A stretch of 64,000 nt of DNA from the human T2T-CHM13v2.0 reference genome, Homo sapiens (GCF_009914755.1 NC_060928.1), one strand, 5' to 3'. Positions 1 to 14,779 are shown, counted from the first letter of the stretch. A program made the numbers and translations. Notes: generated by a model not told the origin, from the letters alone.

Positions 1-1862
1 TAACTTCAGCAATGAATAACTAGTTTGGCTATTATGTATTCAGAGCTAGGACATCTAAGCATAACCTAGGATTCATTCCTTAAACGATATTCCCTCCCTG
101 GCCTTTCTGTTTAGCTATGAGTTTCACATATATTTCAAGGGTCACTGGAATAAAACAATAATATGTATTAGTAACGTTCCATCAGTATTTCTCTAAATAT
201 GGTTTAATTTTCTCATGACTTTCTGCCTTTTGGTGATTTCTAGCCCTCCGGCAATAGTCTCAGCATACTTATAGTAAAATAACATGAAACAGAGACAAAG
301 AATGATTATACAATGCCCAAGTTACAGTAATGTTGGAAGAATAGTTGGAGTTATGTGGGGAAATAATATTACAGCTACTTTTTAAAGTTCTGACAAATAC
401 ACAATTAACTCTTGTCACTAAAGTCTTTCTCATCCCTGGTTTTAACTGAACATTCCCCACCCACAGCTGGCCGCCCTCTGGAGAGTGTTAGCCACACCTT
501 TGAAATAAATAGCCCCAAATACCAATTGTTACTGCTGATGGCACTAAAGCCTACAGCAAAAACCAGACTTCCCTTTACAGCTTGACTATCAAGTAAAAGA
601 AACCACTCTAGTTTCATGAGGTTTCTAAGGGTTTAGAATACTTGCAATCCTGCTCTTTGCAGACACATCTGAAGTGTATTTCTAAAGTTAAACCTGTCTT
701 TTTAACAATTAGAAAGTAGAGTTTTTACTGGAAGCCTGTAGCACCAAGTCTGCTTTTTGTATGAAAAAGCACAAACAATGTTTTCATGTGGAAACGAAGG
801 CATGGATAGCCAGTTTTAAAATAACCTTAGCTAGATTCATTTCACAGTGAGTTAGAGCAGTTTCCAATGCATCTGAGGTTTCAGAGAGTGACTTCTTTTT
901 GCTTTCAGTAAGCTAACCTTCATTCAAAGAACAGCTCAATTGTTTCTGTATTTACAGTCTCATGTGCGGAGACATTGTCTTCAACCTTTAACTTCTATAG
1001 ACATCAGCTCTTACACAGTGAAGAAACAATACAAGGACAGCTTCCTGCTCACATCAGCAAACAAAACAATTTGGGATAAAAGTGTCTGAATACACATTAC
1101 TCAAAAACACTATTTTTCCATTTCTTTTCTTATGTAAATAGAATCGAGAAATCAAAACTATGAGCCTAGATTGAATTTGATGGATAACCTCTTTAAACCT
1201 CCAATTTGCTTTTCCAGACATTCTCATCTCATCTTCCTATTAAAATATTAATGAGTATTCTTCCGTGAATTGCTATTTAGACAAACTTTTTCATTACTGA
1301 GTGTTCTTTGGAATTTTTATACGACTGAGTATATGTATTTCTGATTTGATCTCATCATTTCCCTGGGCTGCAAAAAATTTACTTGGTTTTAAACTTTTGT
1401 ATGCGTATACTTTTCAACTATAGAGTCAAGTAGAAATGATTTTTTTCCAGCAATCATTCAAATGACTTTTTATAACTTAATACTTGTATTATATAAATTA
1501 ATGCTGCCTTACAGAGATAATTTTATTGAATTTGTGGTAGTGACTTAGTCCTGTATTTTCTTTCTTTTGTCTTTAGTAAGGCATTTTATTTATTCCAAGT
1601 TCCATATATTTTTTCTTACATTTTAAACATCTGTACAGTTGAGATACATCTTACAACTAATAGAATCCTAGATTAGGAAAAAAGCAGTATTCAATGTCAG
1701 TGGGTCTTACAGATTTCTTCCTCTGAGGGATGTTTACATTAAGACCTGAGCTTAACTGTTTTATAAAGTCACACATTTCCCCTATCATCCTATCATGCTG
1801 CCAGATTAAGTTGTAATTTAAACGGATGATATGAAAATGGTGGGTTTTTAAAAAAAAAAACC

Positions 1863-1964
1863 CTTCATTTTAAGTTCAGGGAATCTGTGCAGGTTTGTTA
1901 CAAGGTAAACTTGTGTCATGGGGGTTTGTTGTACAGATTATTTCATCGCCCGGGTATTAAGCCT
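1863..1964 (-). mobile_element. L1PA (old, ~L1PA13-16) 3' end fragment
   Basis: ttttaagttcaggg...gtgcaggtttgttac...gtttgttgtacagattatttcatcgcccgggtattaagcct matches the reverse complement of the L1P 3' UTR terminus. Confidence 0.8.
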
Positions 1965-2569
1965 CGTAGTCTTGTACTTTCAAAGGATCGGCTTTCCTGC
2001 TGCTCTCTTTTCCTATGGTTTATATTCTTTGACTTCTTTCACCAGTTTTAAAGGTGACAGAATGTTTGTGACAAATAATTTTAAATAATATGCCAAATTG
2101 GTAGAATTTTTAAAGAGTTGTGTTAGAAAGTATAAGAGTTTGCTGTTTGTTTTTATACTCAAAAATTTAGATGCTAACAAACCAGTTCATTTGATTTTTT
2201 TTTTTTTTTTTTTTGGTAAGACATTCCCAGAAGTCTTAGTCTTTTTGCCTGTACACTGGGTCCTATGGCACTGATTCTAACATAACCTATCAAAAGAAAA
2301 TCTCCACAAATTCATAAGCTGTCACCAGAAGACAGGTAACACTGTGATAAAGCATAAAGTTACTCTTATTTTCTCTAAAAATAGGTAAATTTGAGGAATA
2401 TATTTACACAAATAATGGTAATAATTTGCGTATCAAAATTGTAAGATTTTAAGCAGAAAAATAATATTGGAGAGGATGCAGAGAAAAATAAAAGACAAAT
2501 TTGAAATGATTATTTTTTCTCAAAATATATGGATAGTTATTAAGAACTGATCCAACATATAAATTGCAA

Positions 2570-2665
2570 TGTGTGGTGGTTACACAGGAGCACACATATG
2601 TAAAAATTTCTTGTGCCATGCATTTAAGATTTATGCATTTGACTATATATGTAATATATCAAGGA
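2570..2665 (+). mobile_element. L1M 3' end fragment
   Basis: gtggttacacagg...catttaagatttatgcatttgactatat resembles an L1MB/MC terminus. Confidence 0.55.
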
Positions 2666-3052
2666 GAAAATAGTTTAAAAAAATTAGCAATGCAACATGT
2701 AGAAATACATGTGCAATAAACAAATATATGCACACGAATAATTTAGTGTAAAAATAGTGGTTTTATCAGTGACATATGCAATGACAAACTATTATTAGCA
2801 ACATGTCAAATGACCATTTTGACGTTACTTATTTTTTATTCACACAGTGAGATACTAAGCAGCTGTAAAATTATATCATTCTAGACAAGAATATGTAATG
2901 AAATTTAAACATTTGCACAGCACATTAATAATTATAACAATAAAAGCAAATTACAAAAATATTCATACAATAGTATTACTTAACTTTTATAATAAAATTT
3001 ATGAGTATATTAGAAAAAAGCAAACAAATTTCCTAGAAGATATTAAAGTAAC

Positions 3053-3325
3053 TAATGGGGGCCACTGGGCTGAGACTGCTCCAGTGCCTTGGTTTCCTAC
3101 GTAAGCAACACAAAACTCAATTCAATGCAAACAGTAAAATGAAACTTAAGCTTAACCAATCGGAAACCACCAACTAACCTCTAACTAGAGACTTTCCACC
3201 CAAATAAGGCAAACAGCTACTTGTAGTCTCTCAAGTAATTTCCTTATTTTGGCTCTCCGTTCTGCCTTTACAAGCCTTCTTCTCATACTACTGGTTTTGA
3301 GTGCTGCCTGATTCTTGACCAATAA
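3053..3325 (+). mobile_element. ERV1-class LTR remnant (MER57/LTR54-like)
   Basis: aaccaatc...ccaactaacctctaactagagactttcc and caaataaggcaaac motifs are typical of MER57-group LTRs; family name uncertain. Confidence 0.5.
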
Positions 3326-3479
3326 GTTGTTTTGTGGAATTGGGAGTTATTGATCACGTACGGTGCTTGGAGCTTAAGACCTGAGGTTCATCTACCACTC
3401 ATTACCGGAGCTCATTAATGCTGAATGAAACTGGTGTCTGGCTTTTCTCTACACACATTGCCTGATAGAGCAGTCAATA

Positions 3480-5550
3480 CCTCTCAGAGGAAAAATGAGC
3501 TCATAGGCCAAAATAATAAAAAGTTTGAGGAACACAACTATTTAAAGAGATAAACATCTTAGTTTCCCTTTTAGATCTTATTTGAACCAGAAATAGTACA
3601 AGAAAATGCCCAAGAAATTAAAATTAGCTTAATAAACAGATCAAAAGAAATAGAGAAAGGTATTAACAATGTGAAACAGGAATAGAGCAATATGGAAGAA
3701 AAATAAAGAGTAGAGATATACACTAAAAATAATAATAGCTTAAGTAAACAGCACAATATAAACAGCAGAATATAGATAACAAAAGAACAAATTAGAGTAT
3801 TAATCTAATACTCAGAAAACCTACTAGAGGGAAGAAGGAAAAGATAAAAGAAATAGAACATATAATAGAAAAGTTGAGAGGCAGAATTTAAACAGAATGC
3901 TAATATCTAGATGTGAGTTCCAAAAGAGAGAGAAATGAAATTTCAGAAGAAATGGATACAGTAATAATGGAGATTAACTTTTTAGAATTAAAAACAATAA
4001 TTTAAACAATTCAGACTGGAAGACCCTTAGAGCACCAAAGGGGAGAAATAAAGAAAAAAAAACAAATACGTAGTCAAATTCTAGTAAAATTTAACATCAG
4101 GTTAGATGAAAATCTAAATGCATAGACACAGAGAGACTCAATTATTTACACAAGTACAGATGATACCTGATTTACAATTTCTTGACTTGACAATGGTGTG
4201 AAAGCGATATGCATTCAGTAGAAACCACACATCAAGTACCCATGCAACCACTCAGTTGTTTACTCTCAGTACAGTATTCAATAAATTAATGAGATATTCT
4301 ATACTTTATTATGCAGTGGGCTTTGTGTTAGATGCAGTGGGCTTTGTGCAGTGGGCTGTGTGTTAGATTTTTATTATGCAGTGGGCTTTGTGTCAGTGGG
4401 CTTTGTGTTAGATGATTTTGCTCAACTGTAGGCTAATGTAAGTGTTCTGAGAATTTTTAAGGTAGGCTAGGCTATAATGTTCAGTAAGTTAGTGGTATTA
4501 AATGCATTTTCAACTTACAAATATTTTCTACTTGCAATGGATTTATCAGGACATAAACCTGTTGTCAGTTGAGAAGCATCTATATTAGGTTAACAACATG
4601 TTTTCAAATGATCTTCCAACTCTAGATGGAAGATCAGTCTGCATTAGTATTTCCAAAGTATTAAAGAAAAATAATTTACAACTTGGAATCCTAGATTTGT
4701 GAAAGCTACCCTTTATTATGATTAAACAATGTAATAATTACTTCTAGGCATTAATGCTTCAGAAATTTTGCCATGCCAAGACTCACAATAGAAACAGTTT
4801 TGGATGAAGTAACTTAAATAAGGGGAAAATTATCAAGGAAATATTTCAAGATTTAAGGTGGTATGTATAGTGCCAAATATATGCATACTTATAATAACAT
4901 TATGTGGACTAAACTCACTAGTTAAAAGACAAAGATTGAGAGTTTGGATTTTAAAAGTTCCAGACCAGAGATAGGTTCTTGTTTTTCAGAGTACACCTAA
5001 AGCATAAGGATAATAAAAAATTGAATTTAAAGAATGTAAAATCATACACCAGGCAGATACTAACCGAAATAAAACCACTATAATATTAAAGCCAAATAAA
5101 ATAAACAAAAACAAACACAAAACATTATTGAGGTAGGAAGGTTCATTACCTTCTATTTGATAGTTAATAGAACCTGCTATTTTCATAGGTTCTGTTAACC
5201 GAAAGGATGCAGAAATTTTAAAGTTCGAGTTTCTAAAATAGCCTAAAAATATAAGGCAAAGAAGGTAGGTATAACTAAAGGAGTAAGTCCCAAACTGACC
5301 ATAATGGAAATATTTTGCTCCTGTTATTGACAGATAAAACAGAACAAAAAAATAGAAAATATGAAATAAGAGGTAACAAGTGTGACCCACTAGCTATACA
5401 GATAAAAATAAAGGTTCTCCCCCATCTTATTCTCAGAATATTCACAAAATTGATCAATACTAGGCCATAAAAGGTCTAAATTTCAGTGAATAGATTATTA
5501 TACAATATGTGATTTAGAGAAGTAGAAGTAATAATAAACAGGAAGAAAGA
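3480..5550 (+). mobile_element. Ancient L1M (ORF1 to ORF2 endonuclease remnant), interrupted by MER47A
   Basis: A-rich degenerate ORF1-like sequence, then ggactaaactcactagttaaaagacaaagatt (GLNSPVKRQR-like ORF2 start) and atattcacaaaattgatca (TFSKIDH-like). Confidence 0.65.
4157..4582 (-). mobile_element. MER47A (TcMar-Tigger MITE)
   Basis: TA-flanked (4155-56, 4583-84) ends cagatg...catcta; interior matches recalled MER47A (gcgatatgcattcagtagaaacc, caactgtaggctaatgtaagtgttctgag). Confidence 0.85.
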
Positions 5551-6794
5551 TAGCATTGCTTTTTCAGCACTCATAACTCAAGGAAAGTATAGCACCAGAA
5601 TCAACTGCTTCCCTTTGTTTTCTGTTTGTTTTGTTGTTGTGTTATCACATTGTTTCATATATGATGAGAATTTTTTTTAATCCTTCTATTGTTTGTGTAT
5701 TTCTAACTTTGTTACTTTACCATGCATTTTCCCTCCCAAAGCCCCCCCTCTTAAATCTCATACGGCTTTTCATTTTAAATAATAGAATAAGTATTTAGGA
5801 GTTTATAGCATTATATAATATAAACTTCTAAGTTTAGCGTTCCTATGTTTCTAACTTCAAAACAAAGCCAAACAAACAAACAAAAAAATCAAACAAAACA
5901 AAGCAAAAGCTTGTTGAGTTAAAGCAGTTACCTGAGTTAGGTAGCAACATAAATAAAGCATTAGTAGATATTTATTTATAACTGAAACCAATAATGAGGA
6001 AATTGGAACATTTACAAAAATACAAATTTAAAATCTATACTTACATACTTTTTAGTCTCAGATTCTGAAGTGAATGACAAATTAAAACAAGAAAATTGTG
6101 GGGGCATGATACATGATTTCCATGATATATGCTAACACATATTCTATGACTTACTTAACAAAATAGTTTCCTTTGAACAAGATAGTGTTTTAAGTGGAAC
6201 TGAAGAAGGGTGATTTGTGCTGCTGTGCCTCAATGGAATTGCTGAAAATTACTCTTCTTATCCTTGTTCCTAACAGTTTTTACTTTACTTTTTCATTGCC
6301 AGCTGGAAGGAAAATGGGTCTACAAAAACGACTCTTAGAAGTAAATGAGAATTCATTGAGGAACATTAAGCGTTTTTGGATGGTAATTTGCTTGATTAGT
6401 TGCAAACAGCATATGTGTTCATGTTATTCTTAGATTTCTCTTGTGTGTACTTTCAGAACATGTATCTTGTTTTCCATGTGTTTCTTATCCTTATCCTTTC
6501 TTCTCCTTGGAAGAAAAAGGTTGCCTATGACAACTAAAGTTATATTTTTAGTTCATTTATATTATTTGCCCAAATATTCCTTTTTCTTCCAGTGTGAAGT
6601 GGAATGTAACCAAAATATATGCCTGCATCAGCCAGATGTCATCTTCACTTCTCTCCATTAAAAACTGTAGTTGACTTTTTAAGGATCCATGCCAGAGACC
6701 AGAGAATATTTAAGCTAGACTTCAGTTAAAATAATTTATTTTTACTCAATCCAAAGTATCAATCACTTTTCTACATACGCATTAAAAACACTTA

Positions 6795-6828
6795 CACACA
6801 CACACACACCAACCTGTGGACACACACA
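6795..6828. repeat. Interrupted (CA)n microsatellite
   Basis: seen directly. Confidence 0.8.
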
Positions 6829-7603
6829 TATTTACAAGGAAACATTTTTCAAGCATTTTCAACAATTTCAACATTAAAGCTTAATTTTTGAAATCAAGAC
6901 TATCCAGAAAATCTAAGATATATGTATTCACAAGCAGTTATTACAGTTTAAACCTACTTTGGCTTTTCCTGTTTTTAATCTCAGTTTTTCATAATGAGAA
7001 TACACACCATCTTTAGTTTAGGGGATATGATTTCAAATTGATTTTATTTTGTTCACATTTAATTATGTTAATAATATTCCCCATTAAAATAGGATCCTAT
7101 AGATTCTATAAAACTGTAAATTAGAAAATGCATCATCCAGTGACTCATTTGGTAACATATGTAAGATCCTTGTGGTAGTCAGCAAGCTACTTTTCCTCAG
7201 TTTCAAATCTTGCCTTCTATATATTGTTTTGGGATGTTGTGGTCGACACTCTACCAATAACATTTTTTTATTTTGCCAGATAGCTCCAGCCCTGCCAGTA
7301 GGGGGTGGTAGAGACGGTAGTAGTAGGCTGAAGAAGAACAAAAGGAACTGTTGATTTCTGATTGCTTTCTGTCTTATCAGTCACCCTTCAGGCTGTTCAT
7401 TCCACTGGCAGTGGCAACATGGCAATTCCCCCATCCCCCATCCCTGCCACATTTTGAGAATCAACCTGAATATGCTTCAGTTGGTGGGCTCTCCTTCCTC
7501 TTACAGCTCAATCCCAGCTCCACGGGGCTACTTCTCTAAGCTTCTGAGGGACCAGTATTAGTCCAGCAGGTTCTCTCCCTTGGGATCTGAATCAGCTCTG
7601 TAG

Positions 7604-8036
<433 letters not shown>

Positions 8037-8200
8037 CCTTCCCCATATTTCTAAGTTTCCCACTTCTTCCCTTTGTTTTCCAGCCCTAGTGATAGCAGCT
8101 GGTGTTGCTTCCTCTGTGATACCTTAATGTTCCCCTTATTTCCGTCTCTGCTCCTCAATATCTGATTAATAACTCTTTATATTAGATTATCTTTAGCAAT

Positions 8201-8505
<305 letters not shown>

Positions 8506-9229
8506 TAAATGGTGTACTTTCTGTCTCCTGGCTGGACACTGACATAATGCATTTTGTTCTAATAATCAGAACCTCTACCATTTAATGGGAGGGGATATTG
8601 TAACTACTACATATAACCTGTCAGCAGATATTTTATTTCCTTTAAGGGAGTGAGCTTTTTGACACAGACTGTTAGATAAATTATTTGGAAGTTATTTCCA
8701 GTATATCTTTTGAGAGTATTAGTTAAAATTGAAAAGAGTATTGCAGTTACAATTAGTTTACTAACCAACTCATCAATTGATTTAATTATCCATCAGAAAT
8801 AAAAATCACATTAAAACATACAGTTGTAAAGCCTACAAATTATTCTGTACATTTTAGTCATAAACATTGAGAAGCATTAGTCATATACATATTAGTTCTT
8901 TTTTTCTATGAGCAAGCAAGGCATACAAATTAATAAATATTAAATTATCCAATGATACAAATAACTATCTGAAATTGGAATAACTTTATTTTCAAGCAAT
9001 TTTTTGCTTTTTGTGGAGAGGCCTACATAACAAGGAAAAAATTAATTTAAAAAATCAAAATTACTTCATTTCAGGGACATATTAACCATTCAACCTTTCA
9101 ACCACATAGTATTTATAAAATGTAAAAAATACATTGACATAATCTAGTGTATTTCTAATTTGCAAGGTCTATGCCTTTCCTCACCATGACCATGTTGTTC
9201 TTTTTTTAAGCTTTTTTTAAACAGTTATT

Positions 9230-9505
9230 TTTTCAGCTTTACTGAGATATAATTGACAAAAATTATATATATTCATGGTGTATGATGATGATTTATGTAT
9301 ATATACATTGTACAAGGATCACCACAATCAAATTATTATAATTAACACATCCCGCACCAAACATAGTTACTATTTGTGTGTATATGTGTCCAGTGAGGAC
9401 AGTTAAGATCTGCTCTCTTGGTAAATTTTGTGTAAACAATACAGTATTGGTAACTATAATTAACATGATAATGTTAGATCCTTACAGCCTCTTCATCCTA
9501 TAATT
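9230..9505 (-). mobile_element. L1MA (MA9-like) 3' end
   Basis: cagctttactgagatataattgaca...catagttac...aatacagtattggtaactata matches an L1MA 3' UTR reverse complement. Confidence 0.8.
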
Positions 9506-9828
9506 CTTTGTCCTTAGCCACCCCAAGTCACCAGTGTTGATAATTCATTAACTGTCTAATCCCTGGCCATGCCATCAACGTCAGGAACCTACCCCGTGAA
9601 TAGAAACTAAACATATATTGTATAATCAATTCAGTCGGTGTTAGCCATGCCAGACGGCGTGAAAAGGGGCAGGCATGGAACTCTGGCACAAATGTGCATA
9701 CGCAGAAGAGACTGTTAGTTGCCTTCCTTAATAAACATTTCCCCCTTATTCTTGCTGACAGCATCAAAGATGACAATGTTCTCAGGAGTATGAGTATATA
9801 TTTCTTAGATACACTTGAAGCTAGGTTC

Positions 9829-10063
9829 AACAGGAGTTCGAGATCAACCTGGGCAACATGGCAATACCCTGCCTCTAAAAGACATTTTAAAAAATTAGCC
9901 AGGCATGGTAGCATGCACCTGTGGTCCCAGCTACGTGGGAAGCTGAGGCAGGAGAATCATCTAGGCCGAGAAGTTTGAGGCTACAGTGAGTCGTGTTCGT
10001 ACCACTGAACTCCAGTTTGGGTAACAGAGTGAGACCCTGTCTCAAACAAAACCAAACCAAACC
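9829..10063 (+). mobile_element. 5'-truncated AluJ
   Basis: caggagttcgagatcaacctgggcaacatgg...gtggtcccagctac...tttgaggctacagtgag...gagaccctgtctc plus (AAACC) tail. Confidence 0.9.
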
Positions 10064-11399
10064 TAAATTGTGTTTATGAAATGTCATCAGTAATGTTCTG
10101 CATATTTTCAGGGTGTTTAATTGTAAGGCAGTGAATGAGAATTATACTCCTGGCTAGGAGAGCTTAGAAAGTAGTAGAATAGCATCTGTGCGGAAAATTC
10201 CTGTAAAGTTCCAGTAAGCTACAAATATAAAATATATAACTGCAGTCAAGAGCTACTGAGACAAGAACTGGAGTAAGACTTAAAAAAAAAAAAGCTAAAG
10301 ACAGGTTGTCAGGAGCTCCACTGAGCTGGAGAGACAGAGCTAAACTGCTGGGTGTCAGAGAGCAGTCAATTAAAGCAACAAGTCACAAATGAAAGAATCC
10401 TTTAATCGGTAGTGAAATTGCAAAAGTAAGAGGCTAAAACCAAAGGAAAGGCTGACTCTCCGTTTCATTTTCCCTTAAGGAATGTGCACCAGCCAAGGGG
10501 CTGGGGGATCAGCAGAGGCATGGAGGATGCCTCACTGTTGAGAGAACTTCAAACAAAAGGTCCCCACAGTTTTATCGAGTCTAGGATCAGGGGAAGCATG
10601 AGGGGGTGGGCTAGGAGTAGAAAAGTACTGGGTACTGAGTCAGAGTGGGGAAAAGTATATTGGAGGTTTTCTCCTCCTCTCCTCATAAGGAGACTTTGGC
10701 AGAAACATCCAAAGAGGACCTCGATTCAAGGCTGCAGATAAAGAGATGAAGCTTCCAGGGCTAGGCATGAAAATGTGCCAGGAGCATGAGGGGCCAGAGA
10801 GTTGCAGTCCTTGACTACAGCTCCCTTCAGAGGCTGCAATTCACTGGCTGTGCACCAAGTGTGCTGTGAGGAGGGCAGCTTTCTCCTTTAACGTCTATCA
10901 GGTAAAGTCTTTGTAGTTGCGTATTTCAGGCCAGGCCTGAAAAAATCACACATAGGTTTTGGAGGTAGACCCTTCAATATTTAAATAATTTTTGCATCTG
11001 CTTTTGCTCTAGGGTCAATTGATAGCTCCAGGCAGCAGCAAGAGGCTCAGAATCAGAGCTGCGAATGCTGTTGGAAGATGAAGGAATCAGTAGTTATGGT
11101 GGAATTTGGCAGCCCAATCATATGGTCAACTTTCCCCTGAAAACATTTGCTAAATGCTGAGCTATAGAGAGATTAAAAAGCTAAGAGGACAGACTCTGAA
11201 AAGTATAACAGACCTATAAGCAATCATATAAGACAACAACTATGGTTCAGAATCTGAGCCCGGGAGGGGTCACAGAGAATACACAAAGCTTTTGGCTGAC
11301 TCAAGATCAAACTAAAAGTAGAATAAAATGTTAATGAGGCTTCAATGCAGTCAAGACTCAGAACAGTTCCAGATAAGCCTCTAGTGTTTTATCCTAAGA

Positions 11400-12822
11400 G
11401 GAGAAAGACAAATGTTGTCTGGAGGGAAACATTATTACCTTAAACCTCTACAATTTTTCACTATGGAATCACTAACACTTAATAAAAATTACTAGACCAC
11501 AATAAAAAGCTCAAAAACAACAAAATAAAAAAGTAAAATGGACTGAAAGCACACTTATGGATGATTGAGATGCTTGAGACACTGGAGTTAGCCGAGAAAG
11601 ACTTCAAAACAAGTATAAGTAGAGTATTGCAATACTAGAAAACTAGATGAATAAAAAGGTGTTTCAGCAGAAAATTGACATTTATAAAAGGAAAGAAATA
11701 AACTTTCAGAACTAAAAATAAATTTTCAAAGAATGGTTATATCAACAGAATGAACATAGAGGTCAAAATTCTGAAATTGACAGGTTAATACAAAATTCAA
11801 AACTGAAATATATAGAGAAAAAAGAGCATGAAAATAGAACAGTTCTAAGAGATTTGTGAGACAAAATAGTTTTGATATATATGTTATATTCATTTGGAGT
11901 CCCAAAACAAGAGGGGAAAAAATAAGGCAGAGGCCATTTTTAAAGAGATAATGGCAAGAATTTGACAAAACAAGCTACAAAAACATCAAACAACAGATTA
12001 AGTTCTGCAACACAGGCAAGACAAATACAAAGAAAACCCCACATCGTAATAAAATCACAGAAAAGCAAAGACAGTGAAAATCGTAAAGAAACCTGATGAG
12101 AAGAAACATTACCTTCAAAGAACAACAAGGAGATATGCAGATGACTTCTGCAGAGGAACACTGAACATCATGATAATTCAGGGTATATTTAAAAGGATGA
12201 AATATAATAACTGCTAATATAGAATCCATTAGTCAGCAAAAGTTCCTTCAAGAATAAAGTGAAGTACAGATATTTTCCAAGAAAAATACTAATATCTTTT
12301 TAAAAAATCACACTAACTGGTATTCATAAAGCAAAAGAAAATATACAGTGAAAATTGAATACATTTAAAAAATAAATATAAAAGTAAATATAAATGAATA
12401 ATGCCTGTAAAAAGACAATAATGGGTAGTGTTGATTTAAATAACAATTTAGTATTAAAATGCATAGCAATGATTTTACAAAATGATGGGAAGGGGTAAAT
12501 AGAATTAAAGTGCTCTAAGCTTCTAACATAATAAGGGGGAGGGAGAGGTAAAAGCAGTGATTTTTTAGATTGCACTATGTAAAAGATGCATGTTGTAATT
12601 GTTATCATTATTACTAAATAAGAAGCCAAGGTAATTTTAACAGTTTAATTGAGCAAAATGAAATAGTTATACAATATTTTATTACAAGAGGAAAAAAGAA
12701 AAGAGAACATAAAACAGATGGATTAAATTAAAAGCAAATGATGGTAGAGTATATCTGAACCCAAATATGTCAGTAATTATATTAAACTTAAATTAATTAA
12801 ATTCTCCAATTAAAAGACTAAG
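11400..12822 (+). mobile_element. Old L1M ORF1, inter-ORF and ORF2 start remnant
   Basis: cattt-ggagtcccaaaa, atgacttctgcagaggaacact, ccttcaagaataaagtgaa; ends at taaattctccaattaaaagac (LNSPIKR). Confidence 0.75.
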
Positions 12823-13789
12823 GAGCCAAAGAGTACATAAGCCATATGCACCTGTGTGAGTATCCTGGGGAACTATGGGGAGGGACAAAATTTTTATAAA
12901 CTTTAAATATAAAGTATATAAATAAAATAGAAAGTTTGTTGAAGACAGGGGGCCAAGGGACAATTCTACCTGTGAGGAAAGGAGACACCCAAATTCAACT
13001 GATGAAATTTGGGAAAGGCTCACAGTGGGGAAAGGAAGAAATGTGACCTTGTGGATGAGACCTTTGGGGTATTCACGTTTCTGTTGTTGCTTCTATGTCT
13101 GAAATTGATGTGGGACGCAGTTGTGCTTCTCTTTTCCACGTGCACTGAGGGATCCCTGATTGGGAAGTGCTGCAAGCAGAGAAGTGTCAGTGGAGCACAG
13201 TCCTCCACCATTTGCCATCGGGGAATGTTGGAGGGGAATGGAAGTGCCTCTATCCTCTTATTTTAAAGTCTTCAGAATATTGGTGATCTCCTGCTGGTTG
13301 GCAAGTCACAAGCCTCAGTCACAATGGCACTGAATTTAGAGATATCACACTTTTTCTCTGAGGGATACCTGATACACTCCAAAGTAGTACAGGAGCTTGC
13401 TCTATGAGAGAAGTTTATTCGGGCCTATGTGGATGGATTTAAAAAACACAATCCCTCTGGAAGTGAGGGAAAAACTGACATTGTTTTCAGCCTTCCACCA
13501 CCAAAAGGCAGATTGAAAAGCTTACTGGAGTCTGAGTGTTGAGTACAGTATGTGCTACACTTGGCCCTTCATTTGTTCATTTATGTTGGCTAACGTGCAA
13601 ATCATCACCCTTTGAATGGATCCCAAACTAGCAGGCAGAACTGGAAGCTATCCAGCAAGCTGAAGCACACGCTCTACCTATGGAAGCTCCCCATTTTAAT
13701 GATTCCTTTGAACTGTAACCTTCGTGACTTATAATTTTGCTGATTGGACCCTCTAGCAAAGACAGGCAGCCTCAAAATAACGGTTCTCC

Positions 13790-14155
13790 TTGGAGCTTAG
13801 AACTGGTCACCTTCCTGACACAGTTACTAGGCACACTCCTTTTGAAAAGTGGCCATTAGTTTGCCACTCAGCTCTTGTCGAAAATGAATGTCTGATCTGG
13901 GGAGGCTCTGTGATTCTCCAGCCTGAAATTCACAATTTGGGGTGGGACAACTCAGATACAATGACTAACACAGCAGGAAACACCCCACAAGCCTTATTTG
14001 TCACATTGAAAGAGTATATTCAGTCTTACAGCTTGCCTGGCTCTAACGCTATCTTGGCTCTATATAACCTTTGGGGAAAACTTTATCTTCTGTTCTGCCT
14101 TTGGCAGTACAGCCCCTGGCTTAATGGTGCGTTTGGTTTACAGAAATTGCACTAA
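13790..14155 (+). pseudogene. ERVL-type pol fragment (RT-RNaseH connection region)
   Basis: LPDTVTRHTPFEKWPLVCHSALVENECL..V.LQPEI..LGW..SD aligns with the ERVL motif YSPFEKQLLACYWALVETE.L...VT.RPE.PI..WV.SD. Confidence 0.8.
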
Positions 14156-14779
14156 ATGCCTGGTTCTTGTACCCTAGTGGTTTGGCAACACTGAAATTTG
14201 ATGTTTTCCGTTGAGCTGTTGTGGAACTGAAAATAGGCATGATTCTTCCACTCAGTGGGGAGAATCAAGGTTGGTCTCATAGCTCCAGCCGATAATGTGC
14301 TTAATAAAACTTGTTAGAGATTTTCTGATACTTGATCTGTTGCCAATGGCCTAACTCGTTGGTATCCCACCTGAAAAACTACACACGGGCAGATGAATGA
14401 CACCCTTCTTGGGGATGCTAACTGTGGAAACCTTGTGACTGGTGATTAGACAACCTACGTGACTCACAGAGCAGGCTGGATGGTTATGTTGAAGGTACTT
14501 TGAACCTGCACCCCTCACCTGATGTGTGTCACACACAAGTGCCCCCAACAATTGCAAAAATACTTTATCTCTGGGGACCCATGTGGTCCCAGAATAATAC
14601 TTCTTGTGTAGAAGCCCAGCGAATTGTATCTTAGGGGTGGTCATAGAGATCTTAAAGTGTTTAAAGAAACACATTAGACCGTGTAACCCTCAGATGATTG
14701 TGGGAAACCTCTGAAAAATGAGGACCCAGATGGGAGCTTCTAGAGGGATAAATGACTCATTATTTTGTGCTAGAAGTTA

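Noticed and set aside
4305-4413. CRISPR-like appearance of short repeats
   Set aside because: No unique spacers, irregular spacing, eukaryotic TE context.
5163-5199. Hairpin gttaatagaacct...aggttctgttaac (and short palindromes near 54286, 58476, 59895)
   Set aside because: Stems of 7-13 bp in AT-rich or TE DNA with no supporting context.
10150-11100. GC-richer segment, possible promoter or exon
   Set aside because: Few CpGs, no convincing ORF or splice structure; probably decayed L1 5' or LTR sequence that I cannot assign.
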